This document shows, one piece after another, positions 29,014 to 42,331 of a stretch of DNA of 64,000 bases (positions within the stretch are counted from its first letter, which is position 1; each line of letters opens with the position of its first letter). A program made the position numbers and the translations under genes. This DNA is from an uncultured Flavobacteriales bacterium (GTDB taxonomy: Bacteria > Bacteroidota > Bacteroidia > Flavobacteriales > Schleiferiaceae), in NCBI GenBank assembly GCA_943846715.1, contig OX044356.1, positions 394,029 through 458,028 of the forward strand, written 5' to 3'. Under the pieces are notes generated by a model. It was not told where the DNA came from and did not search any database. It worked only from the letters and a program-made list of their open reading frames with translations.

Positions 29014-29412
29014 ATGCATTCAGATCCAATCTCCGATTTTCTTACCCGCTTGCGCAATGGTGCACAAGCTCGTCACACCGTTGTTGAACTTCCGTCCAGT
29101 AACATCAAAGTTGAAATTGCTAAAATCCTTGAAGAGCAAGGATTCATCCGCGGTTATAAAGTTGATGCTACAGGCCCTCAGGGCACCTTGAAAGTTGCTC
29201 TTAAGTATGACAGCATGACCAAGCAGCCCGTGATTCGTGGCTTGAAGCGCATTTCGCGCCCAGGTCTACGAACCTACAAAAACCACAATGACCTTCCCCG
29301 CGTGAAAAACGGATTAGGCGTTGCGATTGTAACTACATCTCAGGGTGTGATGACAGATAAAGCTGCCCGTGCACTTAGCATTGGTGGTGAAATTCTTTGT
29401 TTCGTTTATTAA
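29014..29412 (+). CDS. rpsH: 30S ribosomal protein S8
   Basis: 132 aa: ..DPISDFLTRLRNG. Confidence 0.97.
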   Translation: MHSDPISDFLTRLRNGAQARHTVVELPSSNIKVEIAKILEEQGFIRGYKVDATGPQGTLKVALKYDSMTKQPVIRGLKRISRPGLRTYKNHNDLPRVKNGLGVAIVTTSQGVMTDKAARALSIGGEILCFVY

Positions 29413-29423
29413 GTTATTGAAAG

Positions 29424-29981
29424 ATGTCAAGAATAGGAAAAGCTCCCATCACTGTGCCTCCCGGCGTAGAAGTAAACATCGCCAATGGCATGGTTACAAT
29501 TAGTGGAAAATTGGGCACTTTGACCCAAGCCATTGTAGGCGGTATCACCGTTTCACAAGAAGAGAATGTCATTTTGGTCAACCGGCCATCTGACAGTCGA
29601 ACGGACCGTGCCATGCACGGTCTGACGCGCGCTTTGTTAGCCAACATGGTTATCGGGGTCACTGAAGGTTACACCAAAACATTGGAATTGATTGGTGTGG
29701 GTTTCCGCGCAAGCAATCAAGGCCAAGTATTGGACCTTTCATTGGGATACTCTCACAACATCATGGTACGTGTGCCAGAAGATTGTAAGGTTAGCACAGA
29801 AATGGTTAAGGGTAATGCACCCAGAATCATTTTAACGTCTCATGACAAGCATTTGGTTGGCATGGTTGCATCAAAAATTCGCAGTTTCCGTAAGCCTGAA
29901 CCATACAAAGGAAAAGGTGTTCGCTACATGGGCGAGATCGTTCGCAAGAAAGCTGGTAAATCTGCAAGTGGTAAAGCATAA
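29424..29981 (+). CDS. rplF: 50S ribosomal protein L6
   Basis: MSRIGKAPI.VP.GV.V. Confidence 0.97.
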   Translation: MSRIGKAPITVPPGVEVNIANGMVTISGKLGTLTQAIVGGITVSQEENVILVNRPSDSRTDRAMHGLTRALLANMVIGVTEGYTKTLELIGVGFRASNQGQVLDLSLGYSHNIMVRVPEDCKVSTEMVKGNAPRIILTSHDKHLVGMVASKIRSFRKPEPYKGKGVRYMGEIVRKKAGKSASGKA

Positions 29982-29993
29982 TTCATAGAAAGC

Positions 29994-30338
29994 ATGAAAA
30001 AAGCAATAACAAAACGTCAACGTATACACCTGCGTGTTCGCAAGGTGGTCAATGGCACAGCGGATCGCCCTCGTCTTGCGGTATTCCGAAGTAACAAGGA
30101 AATCTATGCACAAATCATTGATGATGTCAATGGCAAAACACTGGCCACTGCTGCTTCATTGAAGTTGGGATTTGAAGGCAATAAGACGGATGTTGCAAAG
30201 CAAGTTGGCATGAAGCTGGCTGAAGTTGCAAAAGGCAAAGGCATTGAAACAGTATCATTTGATCGCGGTGGTTTTCTCTACCATGGTCGCGTCAAAGCAC
30301 TAGCTGAAGGCGCTCGTGAAGGCGGTTTGAAATTTTAA
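29994..30338 (+). CDS. rplR: 50S ribosomal protein L18
   Basis: 114 aa: ..[20 protein letters not shown]..; ends ..AREGGLKF. Confidence 0.96.
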   Translation: MKKAITKRQRIHLRVRKVVNGTADRPRLAVFRSNKEIYAQIIDDVNGKTLATAASLKLGFEGNKTDVAKQVGMKLAEVAKGKGIETVSFDRGGFLYHGRVKALAEGAREGGLKF

Positions 30339-30345
30339 TTGAGTT

Positions 30346-30864
30346 ATGAAAGGTATTACTACACGTAAAATTAAGCCAAGTGGCTTGGAGTTGGTCGACA
30401 AATTGGTCGGTATTCAACGCGTCACAAAAGCAACCAAAGGTGGTCGTTCATTCGGTTTCACAGCTATTGTAGTTGTTGGAGACGAGAATGGCATTGGTGG
30501 CTATGGATTGGGGAAAAGCAAGGAAGTTTCTGAAGCTATAACCAAAGGCATTGATGATGCAAAGAAGAATTTGTTCCGCTTTCCTATCATCAAAAGCACC
30601 TTGCCACATGAGCAAGACGGTAAATTTGGTGGAGCTCGTGTATTCTTGCGCCCTGCATCTTCCGGTACCGGAGTGATTGCTGGTGGCGCTATGCGCGCAG
30701 TGCTTGAGTGTGTTGGTGTGCATGATGTCTTGGCGAAATCCAAGGGTTCATCCAATCCACACAACCTAGTTAAAGCAACATTCGATGCCTTGCACAAGAT
30801 GCGCGATGCGCACCAAGTTGCTCGCTCGCGTGGCATCTCTATCAGTAAAGTATTCAACGGTTAA
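30346..30864 (+). CDS. rpsE: 30S ribosomal protein S5
   Basis: 172 aa: ..[23 protein letters not shown]. Confidence 0.97.
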   Translation: MKGITTRKIKPSGLELVDKLVGIQRVTKATKGGRSFGFTAIVVVGDENGIGGYGLGKSKEVSEAITKGIDDAKKNLFRFPIIKSTLPHEQDGKFGGARVFLRPASSGTGVIAGGAMRAVLECVGVHDVLAKSKGSSNPHNLVKATFDALHKMRDAHQVARSRGISISKVFNG

Positions 30865-30873
30865 TCCAAGGAC

Positions 30874-31056
30874 ATGACACGTTATCGCATCAAACAAACC
30901 CGCAGCATTATTGGCCGACCAGAAAGCCAACGCGCTACGTTAAGGGCCCTAGGCCTACGCAGAATCAATCAAGAGGTCGAGCATGATGGCTCTCCTCAGA
31001 TCATTGGTATGATCCGCAAGATCAGCCACCTCGTTATTGTTGAAGAAATCAAATAA
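30874..31056 (+). CDS. rpmD: 50S ribosomal protein L30
   Basis: 60 aa: ..[25 protein letters not shown]. Confidence 0.95.
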   Translation: MTRYRIKQTRSIIGRPESQRATLRALGLRRINQEVEHDGSPQIIGMIRKISHLVIVEEIK

Positions 31057-31064
31057 ATCAGAAG

Positions 31065-31511
31065 ATGTCTTTGAATCAACTTAAACCCGCAAAGGGTTCC
31101 ATTCAAACCTCCAAACGACTCGGTCGTGGTGAAGGTTCTGGTTCTGGTGGTACGGCAAGCCGTGGCCACAAAGGAGCCAAGTCACGTTCAGGTTACTCAC
31201 GAAAAGTGGGCTTTGAAGGTGGTCAAATGCCATTGCAACGTCGAGTGCCAAAGTTTGGCTTCACTAACCCCAACCGTGTAGAGTACCAAGGTATCAACTT
31301 GGACGTGCTACAAATGTTGGCTGATGAGAAGAAAGCTACAGCAATCACCCAAGAGGTGTTGATGAGCAATGGTTTATGCCAGAAGAAGGACTTGATCAAG
31401 ATTCTTGGTCGTGGAGAGCTGAAGGCAAAATTGACTGTGACTGCGCATAAATTCAGTGCAACGGCAAAGGCAGCCATCGAGGCAGCCGGTGGAACAGCTG
31501 AAACTATTTAA
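31065..31511 (+). CDS. rplO: 50S ribosomal protein L15
   Basis: 148 aa: [12 protein letters not shown]...GRG.GSG.G.T..RGHKG. Confidence 0.96.
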   Translation: MSLNQLKPAKGSIQTSKRLGRGEGSGSGGTASRGHKGAKSRSGYSRKVGFEGGQMPLQRRVPKFGFTNPNRVEYQGINLDVLQMLADEKKATAITQEVLMSNGLCQKKDLIKILGRGELKAKLTVTAHKFSATAKAAIEAAGGTAETI

Positions 31512-31514
31512 GCC

Positions 31515-32837
31515 ATGAATCGCTTCTTCCAAACGATCAAAAACATCTGGGGCATCCAGGAACTCCGCGACAAGATCATCTTGACGGCAGGACTTCTATT
31601 GGTGTACCGCATCGGCGCAAACGTCGTGTTACCAGGTATTGATCCCACTAGTTTGGCTCAGTTGCAAAACCAGTCCAGTGAAGGTTTGCTTGGTTTGATC
31701 AACGCCTTTTCAGGCGGGGCATTCTCCAACGCCTCCATTTTAGCCCTGGGTATCATGCCTTACATCTCTGCATCCATTGTGATTCAGTTGGCTGGATTGG
31801 CTGTGCCAAGCATCCAGAAAATGCAAAAGGAGGGCGAAAGTGGACGCCGAAAACTCAATCAAATCACACGTTACCTAACGATTCTAATTGTTGGAGCGCA
31901 AGCGCCTGGTTACATAACCAATTTGATGTATCAAGGTGTTGAAATCACCATTCCGATGGGCACCTTCTGGTTCCTGGCTTGGACTGTGATCATTGCAGGC
32001 ACTGTGTTTGCCATGTGGTTGGGTGAGAAAATCACTGACAAGGGCATTGGAAACGGCATTTCTTTGCTGATCATGATTGGTATCATTGCTACGTTGCCAC
32101 AGGCCTTCTTCCAAGAATTGGCCACACAGCTTGGTGTGACAGGTGGTGGTTGGATCGTCTTCCTTTTGGAAATGGTCAGTCTTTATTTGGTCTTCCTTTT
32201 TGCCATTGCATTGACGCAAGCCGTTAGACAGATTCCTTTGGAATACGCTAAACGTGTTGCAGGTGGAGCAACCAAAAGCCTTGGACGCTCATACTTGCCA
32301 TTGAAAGTGAACGCATCCGGTGTAATGCCCATCATCTTTGCTCAAGCCTTGATGTTTATTCCTATGACCGTGGTTCAGTACACAGGTATTGAAGCCAGCT
32401 GGATGATTGACATATTTGGAAATATTCAAGGTTTCTGGTACAATTTTGTCTTTGCCATCATGATTTTGATCTTCACGTACTTTTACACAGCTGTACAGAT
32501 CAACACAGATCAAATGGCTGATGACTTGAAGCGTAACGGTGGATTCATCCCCGGCCTCAAGCCAGGCCATTCTACCAGCATGTTCATTGATGACACCTTG
32601 GCAAAAATTACTTTGCCGGGCGCCATCCTTCTTGCCTTCATCGCAATCCTTCCTGGGATTGTAATGAACCTTGGTTTGAATATGCAATGGGCTCAGTTCT
32701 ACGGAGGTACATCCCTTCTGATTATTGTGGGCGTTGTCCTTGACACACTCATGCAGGTTGAGAGCTATTTGTTGAATCGCCACTACGACGGATTGATGGA
32801 CGGAAGTCGTCTCCGAGGTCGAAGTAATATGATGTAG
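31515..32837 (+). CDS. secY: preprotein translocase subunit SecY
   Basis: 440 aa, 10-TM profile, ..[14 protein letters not shown]..; sits after rplO. Confidence 0.97.
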   Translation: MNRFFQTIKNIWGIQELRDKIILTAGLLLVYRIGANVVLPGIDPTSLAQLQNQSSEGLLGLINAFSGGAFSNASILALGIMPYISASIVIQLAGLAVPSIQKMQKEGESGRRKLNQITRYLTILIVGAQAPGYITNLMYQGVEITIPMGTFWFLAWTVIIAGTVFAMWLGEKITDKGIGNGISLLIMIGIIATLPQAFFQELATQLGVTGGGWIVFLLEMVSLYLVFLFAIALTQAVRQIPLEYAKRVAGGATKSLGRSYLPLKVNASGVMPIIFAQALMFIPMTVVQYTGIEASWMIDIFGNIQGFWYNFVFAIMILIFTYFYTAVQINTDQMADDLKRNGGFIPGLKPGHSTSMFIDDTLAKITLPGAILLAFIAILPGIVMNLGLNMQWAQFYGGTSLLIIVGVVLDTLMQVESYLLNRHYDGLMDGSRLRGRSNMM

Positions 32838-32839
32838 CT

Positions 32840-33055
32840 GTGAGCAAGCAAGACGCCATATCACAAGATGGAACCATCACAAGTAACCTGTCTAACGCCA
32901 TGTTCACTGTGGAGTTGGAGAATGGTCACGTTGTCACAGCGCATATCTCAGGTAAAATGAGAATGCACTACATTAAATTGTTGCCAGGTGACCGGGTCAA
33001 ATTGGAGATGTCTCCTTATGATCTCACGAAAGCACGCATTGTATACCGCTACTAA
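32840..33055 (+). CDS. infA: translation initiation factor IF-1
   Basis: 71 aa with a GTG start: ..[16 protein letters not shown]+.LPGD.V..E.SPYDL.K.RI.YR. Confidence 0.96.
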   Translation: MSKQDAISQDGTITSNLSNAMFTVELENGHVVTAHISGKMRMHYIKLLPGDRVKLEMSPYDLTKARIVYRY

Positions 33056-33078
33056 TCCATTGAATTGAAGTATCCATC

Positions 33079-33195
33079 ATGAAAGTAAGAGCATCACTAA
33101 AAAAGCGCAGTGCGGATTGCCAAATTGTCCGCAGAAAAGGGCGGCTTTATATCATTAACAAAAAGAACCCCAAGCTCAAGCAGCGCCAGGGATAA
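33079..33195 (+). CDS. rpmJ: 50S ribosomal protein L36 (single-Cys, non-zinc form)
   Basis: Not in the ORF track (38 codons). Hand translation: [38 protein letters not shown]. It occupies the canonical infA-rpmJ-rpsM position. Confidence 0.93.
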   Translation: MKVRASLKKRSADCQIVRRKGRLYIINKKNPKLKQRQG

Positions 33196-33212
33196 TTGAT
33201 CATTGAATAGAC

Positions 33213-33590
33213 ATGGCACGTATAGCAGGCATTGACCTACCAAAAAACAAGCGCGGAGAAATCGGCTTGACGTATATCTACGGCATTGGCCGTTCCAAAT
33301 CTCGTGAGATTTTGGAATCAGCTAAGATTGATGTAAACATCAAAGTCCAAGATTGGACTGATGAGCAAGTTCAATCGATCCGTAACTTTATTTCTGAAGA
33401 CATGACTGTCGAAGGTGAATTGCGTTCAGAAACTCAAATGAACATCAAGCGATTGATGGATATTGGTTGCCAACGTGGCATCCGTCACCGTAATGGTTTG
33501 CCACTTCGTGGTCAGCGTACCAAGAACAATTCTCGCACGAGAAAGGGTAAGCGTAAAACGGTTGCGAACAAGAAAAAGGTCACCAAATAA
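33213..33590 (+). CDS. rpsM: 30S ribosomal protein S13
   Basis: [23 protein letters not shown]. Confidence 0.98.
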   Translation: MARIAGIDLPKNKRGEIGLTYIYGIGRSKSREILESAKIDVNIKVQDWTDEQVQSIRNFISEDMTVEGELRSETQMNIKRLMDIGCQRGIRHRNGLPLRGQRTKNNSRTRKGKRKTVANKKKVTK

Positions 33591-33603
33591 AAACTGATTG
33601 ACG

Positions 33604-33984
33604 ATGGCAAAATCGACCAAAAAACGCCGTGTGAAAGTTGAAGCTGTGGGTGAAGCGCACATTAGCTCAACATTCAACAACATCATAATTGCCCTGACCA
33701 ACACACAAGGTCAAGTGATCTCATGGTCATCTGCAGGCAAAATGGGATTCCGCGGTTCCAAGAAAAACACCCCTTACGCTGCACAAGTTGCTGCTGAAGA
33801 TGCTGCTGGAGTAGCAATGGAAGCTGGACTACGTAAAGTAAAGGTTTATGTGAAAGGTCCAGGTAATGGTCGCGAAAGCGCCATCCGAAGCCTCCACAAT
33901 ACGGGCATTGAAGTCACTGAAATCATTGACATCACGCCAATTCCCCACAACGGATGTCGTCCATCCAAGCGCCGTCGCGTTTAA
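33604..33984 (+). CDS. rpsK: 30S ribosomal protein S11
   Basis: [22 protein letters not shown]..., ends ..PHNGCRP.KRRRV. The track start at 33598 is a TTG; the ATG at 33604 is preferred. Confidence 0.97.
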   Translation: MAKSTKKRRVKVEAVGEAHISSTFNNIIIALTNTQGQVISWSSAGKMGFRGSKKNTPYAAQVAAEDAAGVAMEAGLRKVKVYVKGPGNGRESAIRSLHNTGIEVTEIIDITPIPHNGCRPSKRRRV

Positions 33985-34005
33985 CTGATTAATTGAATAA
34001 CTGAT

Positions 34006-34611
34006 ATGGCACGTTACCGTGGTCCCCTAACTAAGATTGCTCGCCGATATGGAGAGCCGATTTTTGGCGCAGATAAGTCACTTGACAAGCGCAATTACCC
34101 TCCTGGTCAGCATGGCTTCCGTCGCAAGCGCGGCAAGAAGTCAGAATACTCTATGCAGCTTGCTGAAAAGCAAAAGGCAAAGTACACTTACGGCATCCTT
34201 GAGAAGCAGTTCCGCATCTTGTTTGACAAGGCGCAGCGATCAAAAGGTGTTACCGGTGAAGTTTTGCTTCAACTGTGTGAAAGCCGTTTGGACAACGTGG
34301 TTTACAAGCTGTCGATTTCGCCCACACGTCGTGGTGCTAGACAGTTGGTATCTCACCGTCACATCACGATCAATGGTGAGGTGTTGAATATTCCTTCATA
34401 CCAAGTAAAGCCAGGTGATGTCATTGCTGTACGTGAGCGTTCTAAGTCCATGTCTGCAATCACTGAGTCCTTGACTAATCTTGAGTCACCTCAACCTTGG
34501 TTGGAGTGGAATTCAGCTACTATGGCAGGAACAATGCTCTCCATTCCTCAGCGTGACATGATCACCGAAAACATCAAGGAGCAGCTAATCGTCGAACTTT
34601 ATTCCAAGTAA
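34006..34611 (+). CDS. rpsD: 30S ribosomal protein S4
   Basis: MARYRGP..K..RR.G, S4 RNA-binding domain. Confidence 0.97.
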   Translation: MARYRGPLTKIARRYGEPIFGADKSLDKRNYPPGQHGFRRKRGKKSEYSMQLAEKQKAKYTYGILEKQFRILFDKAQRSKGVTGEVLLQLCESRLDNVVYKLSISPTRRGARQLVSHRHITINGEVLNIPSYQVKPGDVIAVRERSKSMSAITESLTNLESPQPWLEWNSATMAGTMLSIPQRDMITENIKEQLIVELYSK

Positions 34612-34613
34612 AA

Positions 34614-35606
34614 ATGGCAATTCTTCAATTTCAAAAACCTGACAAGGTCATTCTGAACAGCACAACTGACACAGAAGGCCAATTTGAATTCCGACCACTC
34701 GAGCCGGGTTATGGTCTAACTGTAGGCAATGCGCTTCGCCGTGTTTTGTTGAACTCACTTGAAGGCCATGCTTTCACCTCACTTCGCATCAGCGGCGTTG
34801 AGCATGAGTTCTCTACTATTACTGGTGTCGTGGAAGATGTCACAGAAATCATTCTTAACCTCAAGCAAGTTTGCTTGAAGCGCCAGATTGAGGAAAGTGA
34901 CAATGAAACAGTCAAAGTATCCATCACAGGTCAAGAAACCTTGACTGCTGGTGATTTGGGTTCTTTCATGTCTGCATTCCAAGTGCTCAACCCTGAGTTC
35001 GTGATTTGCCAGATGGACAAGTCTGTGACTTTGGAGATTGAATTGACCATCGAAAAGGGTCGTGGCTATGTGCCTTCTGAGGAAAACAAGAAAGCAGATG
35101 CTCCTTTAGGAACGATAGCTATTGATTCCATCTATACCCCAATCAAGAACGTCAAGTACAACGTTGAGAACTTCCGCGTAGAGCAGAAGACTGACTTTGA
35201 AAAGTTGATTTTTGACATTGTGACTGATGGCAGCGTATCCCCAAAGGAAGCTTTGACGGATGCAGCAAGCATTTTGATTCAGCATTTTTACCTGTTCACT
35301 GATGAGCGCATGATTCCAGAGGATCAACCAACAGCTGAAACAGAGACCTATGACGAGGAAGTTTTGGAGATGCGCAAGCTCTTGAAGAAGACCTTGGTTG
35401 AGTTGGAGTTGAGTGTTCGCGCACTGAACTGCCTCAAGGCTGCAGAAGTTGAAACCGTAGCTGACTTGGTTTCATACTCTAAGGCTGATTTGATGAAATT
35501 CCGCAACTTCGGCAAGAAGTCACTCACTGAGTTGGAGGATGTGGTAGTAAAACTTGGTCTAGCCTTTGGCATGGACACAAGCAAGTATAAACTAGATAAG
35601 GACTAA
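34614..35606 (+). CDS. rpoA: DNA-directed RNA polymerase subunit alpha
   Basis: 330 aa: ..[20 protein letters not shown].., and a C-terminal domain ..[15 protein letters not shown]. Confidence 0.97.
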   Translation: MAILQFQKPDKVILNSTTDTEGQFEFRPLEPGYGLTVGNALRRVLLNSLEGHAFTSLRISGVEHEFSTITGVVEDVTEIILNLKQVCLKRQIEESDNETVKVSITGQETLTAGDLGSFMSAFQVLNPEFVICQMDKSVTLEIELTIEKGRGYVPSEENKKADAPLGTIAIDSIYTPIKNVKYNVENFRVEQKTDFEKLIFDIVTDGSVSPKEALTDAASILIQHFYLFTDERMIPEDQPTAETETYDEEVLEMRKLLKKTLVELELSVRALNCLKAAEVETVADLVSYSKADLMKFRNFGKKSLTELEDVVVKLGLAFGMDTSKYKLDKD

Positions 35607-35613
35607 TTGAATC

Positions 35614-36114
35614 ATGCGTCACGGTAAAAAATTCAACCATTTAGGCCGCACACCATCTCACCGAAAGGCGATGTTGAGCAACATGGCAGTATCTCTGATC
35701 ATGCATAAGCGGATCAATACCACCTTGGCCAAAGCCAAAGAACTCCGCAAATATGTTGAGCCTTTGGTGACTCGCTGCAAAGTTGACAGCACCCACAATC
35801 GCCGAACTGTCTTCTCCTATTTGAAGGATAAGCATGCAGTAACTGAACTGTTCCGCGAGGTGTCAGTTAAGATTGCTGATCGCCCAGGCGGTTACACACG
35901 CATCATCAAGACGGGTAATCGACTTGGTGACAATGCCTCCATGGCTATGATCGAGCTCGTTGACTACAACGACTTGTATGGCAATGAGCCTAAGAAAAGT
36001 AAATCCACCCGCCGCAGTAAGAAAGCTGTAGCTGTTGAAGCAGAACCAGCTGCTGAAGTAGCCACAGAGTCACCTGCTGATGCAAAGGAAACCACTGAGG
36101 AGAACGCTGAGTAA
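35614..36114 (+). CDS. rplQ: 50S ribosomal protein L17
   Basis: [12 protein letters not shown]...HRKAML.NM, with an acidic A/E-rich C-terminal tail. Confidence 0.97.
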   Translation: MRHGKKFNHLGRTPSHRKAMLSNMAVSLIMHKRINTTLAKAKELRKYVEPLVTRCKVDSTHNRRTVFSYLKDKHAVTELFREVSVKIADRPGGYTRIIKTGNRLGDNASMAMIELVDYNDLYGNEPKKSKSTRRSKKAVAVEAEPAAEVATESPADAKETTEENAE

Positions 36115-36140
36115 TTAACGTGAATCTCGTGCTAACTTGC

Positions 36141-36172
36141 AAAGGATGAGGGTCGCCCCTTGTCCTTTTTTT
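36141..36172 (+). terminator. putative rho-independent terminator after rplQ
   Basis: AAAGGAtgaGGGtcgCCCcttgTCCTTT followed by a T-run. The stem is imperfect. Confidence 0.5.
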
Positions 36173-36197
36173 ATGCCTGTGAAATAGGTTTAACGCC

Positions 36198-38575
<2,378 letters not shown>

Positions 38576-38584
38576 CACTGAACC

Positions 38585-39889
38585 ATGGAACGAATACAAG
38601 AAAAATTCGCTGATAGATTACCAAAAAAGCAAAAGGAAATCAAGGATTTCTTGAAGGCCCACGGTGAGGAAGTGGTTGGTGAAATCAAGGTGCGTCAATT
38701 GTACCAAGGTCAGCGAGGCATGCCCGCATTGATCTGCGAGACCTCTAAGCTGGATCCTGAAGAGGGCATCCGATTCCGTGGTTACAGCATCCCAGAGTTG
38801 CAAGAAAAACTACCAACATACCCAGGTGGTGAAGAGCCCCTTCCTGAAGGCTTGTTTTCCCTGTTATTGATGGATGAAATGCCAACCGATGATGATGTTC
38901 GTCGCATGAGTAACAATTGGGCAAGACGTGCCATTGTTCCTCGCCATGTTTTTGAGGCGATTGATGCCTTGCCATCGTTCTCACACCCCATGACCCAATT
39001 CAACGTGGGCATCATGGCACTGAGAACAGAATCTGTATTTGCTAAGCGCTATGCGGAAGGCATGCCAAAGAGTGAATACTGGGAGGCGACCTATGAAGAT
39101 GCCATGAACCTGATAGCTCGTTTGCCTCGAGTTGCGGCTTACATCTACCGACGCATGTACCATGATGGTGAGCATATTGAGCCAGATCCCAAGTTAGATT
39201 GGGCAGGAAACTTTGCACACATGCTTGGATTTGACGACCCTGAATTTCGTGAATTGATGCGTCTGTACATGACCATTCACTCTGATCATGAGGGAGGCAA
39301 TGTCTCTGCACATGCGGTCCACCTAGTTGGCTCTGCTTTGGGTGATGCCTACCAGTCATTTTCTGCCGGCATGAATGGCCTTGCAGGTCCACTGCATGGA
39401 TTAGCCAACCAGGAGGTGATCAAATGGACGCTTGAAATGCTGGAAAGCATCGATTCGGACATGCCAACCAAAGAGGACATTGCGACTTACTGTCAAAACA
39501 CCCTTGACAGTGGCAAGGTGATTCCTGGTTTTGGTCATGCCGTCTTGCGCAAAACAGATCCCCGCTATATGGCTCAACGTGAATTTGCCATGAAGCACAT
39601 GCCAGAAGACCCCTTGTTTAAGGTCATTGCTGCTGTCTATGAAGTGGTTCCCGCCATCCTTCAAGCAACAGGCAAAGTGAAGAATCCATGGCCTAATGTG
39701 GACGCACACTCTGGCCAGCTCTTGATGCACTATGGCTTGACCCAATACGATTTCTACACGGTATTGTTTGGCGTTTCTCGCTCTCTAGGTACCATGGCGA
39801 ACTTGATTTGGGATCGTTCCATGGGTATGGTCATTGAGCGCCCAGGTTCAACCACAACTGACTTGTTGAAAAAGCGATTCAATGCATAG
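38585..39889 (+). CDS. gltA: citrate synthase
   Basis: 434 aa: ..HSDHEGGNVSAH.., ..PGFGHAVLRKTDPR. Confidence 0.95.
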   Translation: MERIQEKFADRLPKKQKEIKDFLKAHGEEVVGEIKVRQLYQGQRGMPALICETSKLDPEEGIRFRGYSIPELQEKLPTYPGGEEPLPEGLFSLLLMDEMPTDDDVRRMSNNWARRAIVPRHVFEAIDALPSFSHPMTQFNVGIMALRTESVFAKRYAEGMPKSEYWEATYEDAMNLIARLPRVAAYIYRRMYHDGEHIEPDPKLDWAGNFAHMLGFDDPEFRELMRLYMTIHSDHEGGNVSAHAVHLVGSALGDAYQSFSAGMNGLAGPLHGLANQEVIKWTLEMLESIDSDMPTKEDIATYCQNTLDSGKVIPGFGHAVLRKTDPRYMAQREFAMKHMPEDPLFKVIAAVYEVVPAILQATGKVKNPWPNVDAHSGQLLMHYGLTQYDFYTVLFGVSRSLGTMANLIWDRSMGMVIERPGSTTTDLLKKRFNA

Positions 39890-39905
39890 TTGAGTCTACC
39901 GAATC

Positions 39906-39933
39906 AAAGGGTTGCGTGAGCAACCCTTTTTTT
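39906..39933 (+). terminator. rho-independent terminator after gltA
   Basis: AAAGGGTTGC, GTGA, GCAACCCTTT, then a T-run. Confidence 0.8.
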
Positions 39934-39949
39934 ATGCCCAAGTGTCTGA

Positions 39950-39976
39950 TTGCTTGGAGCTAAATGAGTATCTTTG
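39950..39976 (+). promoter_or_regulatory. possible promoter for rpsA
   Basis: TATCTTTG (39969..39976) fits TAnnTTTG. The nearest upstream TTG (39950..39952) is only 16 nt away. The leader to the ATG would be about 100 nt. Confidence 0.3.
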
Positions 39977-40079
39977 CGCTCCCATTGGAAGCATATTCGC
40001 AGGCCATTTCAAGGGATCATAATAACAACCTTCAGTGATGAGCTGCCTGCAGTGTCATTGAATACAAAACCCGAAGCTC

Positions 40080-42266
40080 ATGTCTAAAGAGCAAGAAGTT
40101 AACCAAGAGGTTGACAACAAGGACGTTAAAGCCACTGAATCAGCGGCAAAGTCCACCACCAAAACCACAAAGGAAGCCAAGTCAGAGGATAAGCCCGCTG
40201 AAAAAAAGGCCCCTGCTAAAAAGGCAACTGCTAAAAAGGCCCCTGCTAAAAAGGCAGCTGTAAAAAAAGCACCTGCAAAGAAAGCAGCACCAAAAAAATC
40301 AGAGCCAAAGCCAAAAATAGCACCAGTTGTTGAAGAAGCTCCAACTGTCGTTGAAGCGGCAGCACCTGTTGCTGAAGAAGCTCCAGCTGTTGTTGAAGAA
40401 GCTCCAGCTGTTGTTGAAGAAGCAAAAAGCGACACAGTCAAGACGGTTTCAGCTATTGAGGATCACGGTGACAACGCTGATGAAGCCGTTGAGCAAGTCA
40501 TCGTTGTTGAAGCGCCATTTGATTGGGCAGCTCATGAGTCAGGCGTGACAACAAAATCTAGTGACCACGAGTCCATGGAGAAAATGTACGCTGATACATT
40601 GATGGAAACTCTTGAGAATCAGATGATTGAAGGTCTTGTTATGAAAATGACAGATCGCGATGTCATCATTGACATCGGTTCCAAAAGTGAGGGCATTATT
40701 TCCCTTAACGAGTTCCGCTACAATCCTGATTTGAAAGTCGGTGACAAGGTGGAAGTGTACGTTGACAAACAAGAGGATAAGTTAGGCCAATTGGTTCTTT
40801 CTCATCGCAAGGCTCGCTCCATCAAAGCATGGGACCGTGTGAATGAAGCATTTGCTGCAGAAGAGATTGTCAATGGCTTGGTTAAGTGCCGCACCAAAGG
40901 TGGCATGATTGTCGACATCTTTGGTCTGGAGGCATTCTTACCTGGTTCACAAATTGATGTGAAGGCCATTCGTGATTACGATGTCTATGTAGGCAAGGCT
41001 ATGGAGTTCAAGATTGTAAAAATCAATCATGAATTCAAGAATGTTGTTGTGTCTCACAAGGCCCTCATTGAGGCTGACCTTGAAGATCAAAAGCGCGAAA
41101 TCATTGGCCAATTGGAAAAAGGTCAAGTTCTCGAAGGCATTGTCAAGAACATCACCAGCTACGGTGTGTTTGTTGATCTAGGTGGCGTGGACGGTTTGGT
41201 TCACATCACTGATCTGTCTTGGAGCCGTGTAGGTCACCCATCAGAAATTGTTGAGTTGGACGCAAAAATCAATGTAGTTATTCTTGACTTTGATGAGGCT
41301 AAGACGCGTATACAGCTTGGTGTGAAGCAGTTATCTGCTCACCCATGGGACGCTTTGAGTGCTGAAATGAAGGAAGGCGATAAGATCAAGGGCAAGGTGA
41401 TTGTTCTTGCTGATTACGGTGCATTCGTTGAAGTGGCACCTGGTGTTGAAGGCTTGGTTCACGTAAGTGAGATGAGCTGGGGTTCACATTTGCGCTCAGC
41501 GCAAGACTTCTTCAAAGTTGGTGACATGATTGACGCTGTCATTCTTGGAATCGATCGTGAGGATCGCAAAATGTCACTGGGTGTTAAGCAATTGACGCCA
41601 GATCCATGGAGCCTAATTGTTGAGAAGTTCCCAACGGGTTCTTTGCACAAAGGCAAGGTTCGCAACTTCACCAACTTTGGCGTCTTCCTTGAATTGGAAG
41701 AGGGCATCGATGGTTTGGTTCACATCTCTGATTTGTCATGGACCAAGAAGATCAAGCACCCATCTGAGTTCACCACTGTTGGTGCAGAGATTGAGATCAA
41801 GGTCTTGGACATTGACTTGGAAAACCGTCGCTTAAGCCTTGGCCACAAGCAAGCTCAGGTTAATCCATGGGACAACTACGAAAACGAATTCCCTGCAGGA
41901 AGTATCCATGAAGGCATGGTGACAGAAGCAGTAGAGAAGGGTTACGTTGTGATTTTTGAAGAGGCAGGCCTTGAGGCTTATTGCCCACCACGTCATGCAA
42001 GTAAAGAAGTCGGTGGCAACATTGTTGTCGGTGAAAAGCTTCCATTCCGCATCATTGAAGTGAACCGCGACGCCCGCCGGGTTGTTGTGTCTCACACGCA
42101 AACCCACACAGAGATGAAGGTTGAGTCGGGTGAAGGCAGTCCTGGTAACAAGTCTGCTGGTAAAGGCCGTTCGACTAAGCAGGTAAACCAAGCAATTGAG
42201 AAGACCACCTTGGGTGATCTTGGGACATTGGCGAAACTCAAGAAAGAAATGGAGAAGAAGGGCTAA
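40080..42266 (+). CDS. rpsA: 30S ribosomal protein S1 with ~145-aa charged low-complexity N-terminal extension
   Basis: 728 aa. From aa ~147 (FDWAAHE..) it has six S1/OB repeats typical of Bacteroidota S1. There is no in-frame ATG between codon 1 and the conserved core. Confidence 0.93.
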   Translation: MSKEQEVNQEVDNKDVKATESAAKSTTKTTKEAKSEDKPAEKKAPAKKATAKKAPAKKAAVKKAPAKKAAPKKSEPKPKIAPVVEEAPTVVEAAAPVAEEAPAVVEEAPAVVEEAKSDTVKTVSAIEDHGDNADEAVEQVIVVEAPFDWAAHESGVTTKSSDHESMEKMYADTLMETLENQMIEGLVMKMTDRDVIIDIGSKSEGIISLNEFRYNPDLKVGDKVEVYVDKQEDKLGQLVLSHRKARSIKAWDRVNEAFAAEEIVNGLVKCRTKGGMIVDIFGLEAFLPGSQIDVKAIRDYDVYVGKAMEFKIVKINHEFKNVVVSHKALIEADLEDQKREIIGQLEKGQVLEGIVKNITSYGVFVDLGGVDGLVHITDLSWSRVGHPSEIVELDAKINVVILDFDEAKTRIQLGVKQLSAHPWDALSAEMKEGDKIKGKVIVLADYGAFVEVAPGVEGLVHVSEMSWGSHLRSAQDFFKVGDMIDAVILGIDREDRKMSLGVKQLTPDPWSLIVEKFPTGSLHKGKVRNFTNFGVFLELEEGIDGLVHISDLSWTKKIKHPSEFTTVGAEIEIKVLDIDLENRRLSLGHKQAQVNPWDNYENEFPAGSIHEGMVTEAVEKGYVVIFEEAGLEAYCPPRHASKEVGGNIVVGEKLPFRIIEVNRDARRVVVSHTQTHTEMKVESGEGSPGNKSAGKGRSTKQVNQAIEKTTLGDLGTLAKLKKEMEKKG
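40191..40424 (+). repeat. in-frame coding repeats: (A/P)AKKA basic block followed by APxVVEEA acidic block
   Basis: Basic block: KPAEKKAPAKKATAKKAPAKKAAVKKAPAKKAAPKKSEPKPK (nt 40191-40316). Acidic block: IAPVVEEAPTVVEAAAPVAEEAPAVVEEAPAVVEEA (40317-40424). A perfect 21-nt duplication is at 40374-40394 and 40395-40415. Confidence 0.9.
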
Positions 42267-42291
42267 GCTTCGGATTCTTTCAGATATCTTT

Positions 42292-42324
42292 AAGGCCGTC
42301 TCTTTGGGGCGGCCTTTTTATTTT
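42292..42324 (+). terminator. rho-independent terminator after rpsA
   Basis: AAGGCCG..(loop)..CGGCCTT followed by TTTTATTTT. Confidence 0.65.
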
Positions 42325-42331
42325 CAACTGT

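Noticed and set aside
40055-40441. 128-aa minus-strand ORF (A/S/T/G/F-rich) and a 73-aa plus-strand alternative-frame ORF (40327-40548).
   Set aside because: They are products of the low-complexity repeats in the rpsA 5' extension. The S1 frame is the one that continues into a conserved protein.
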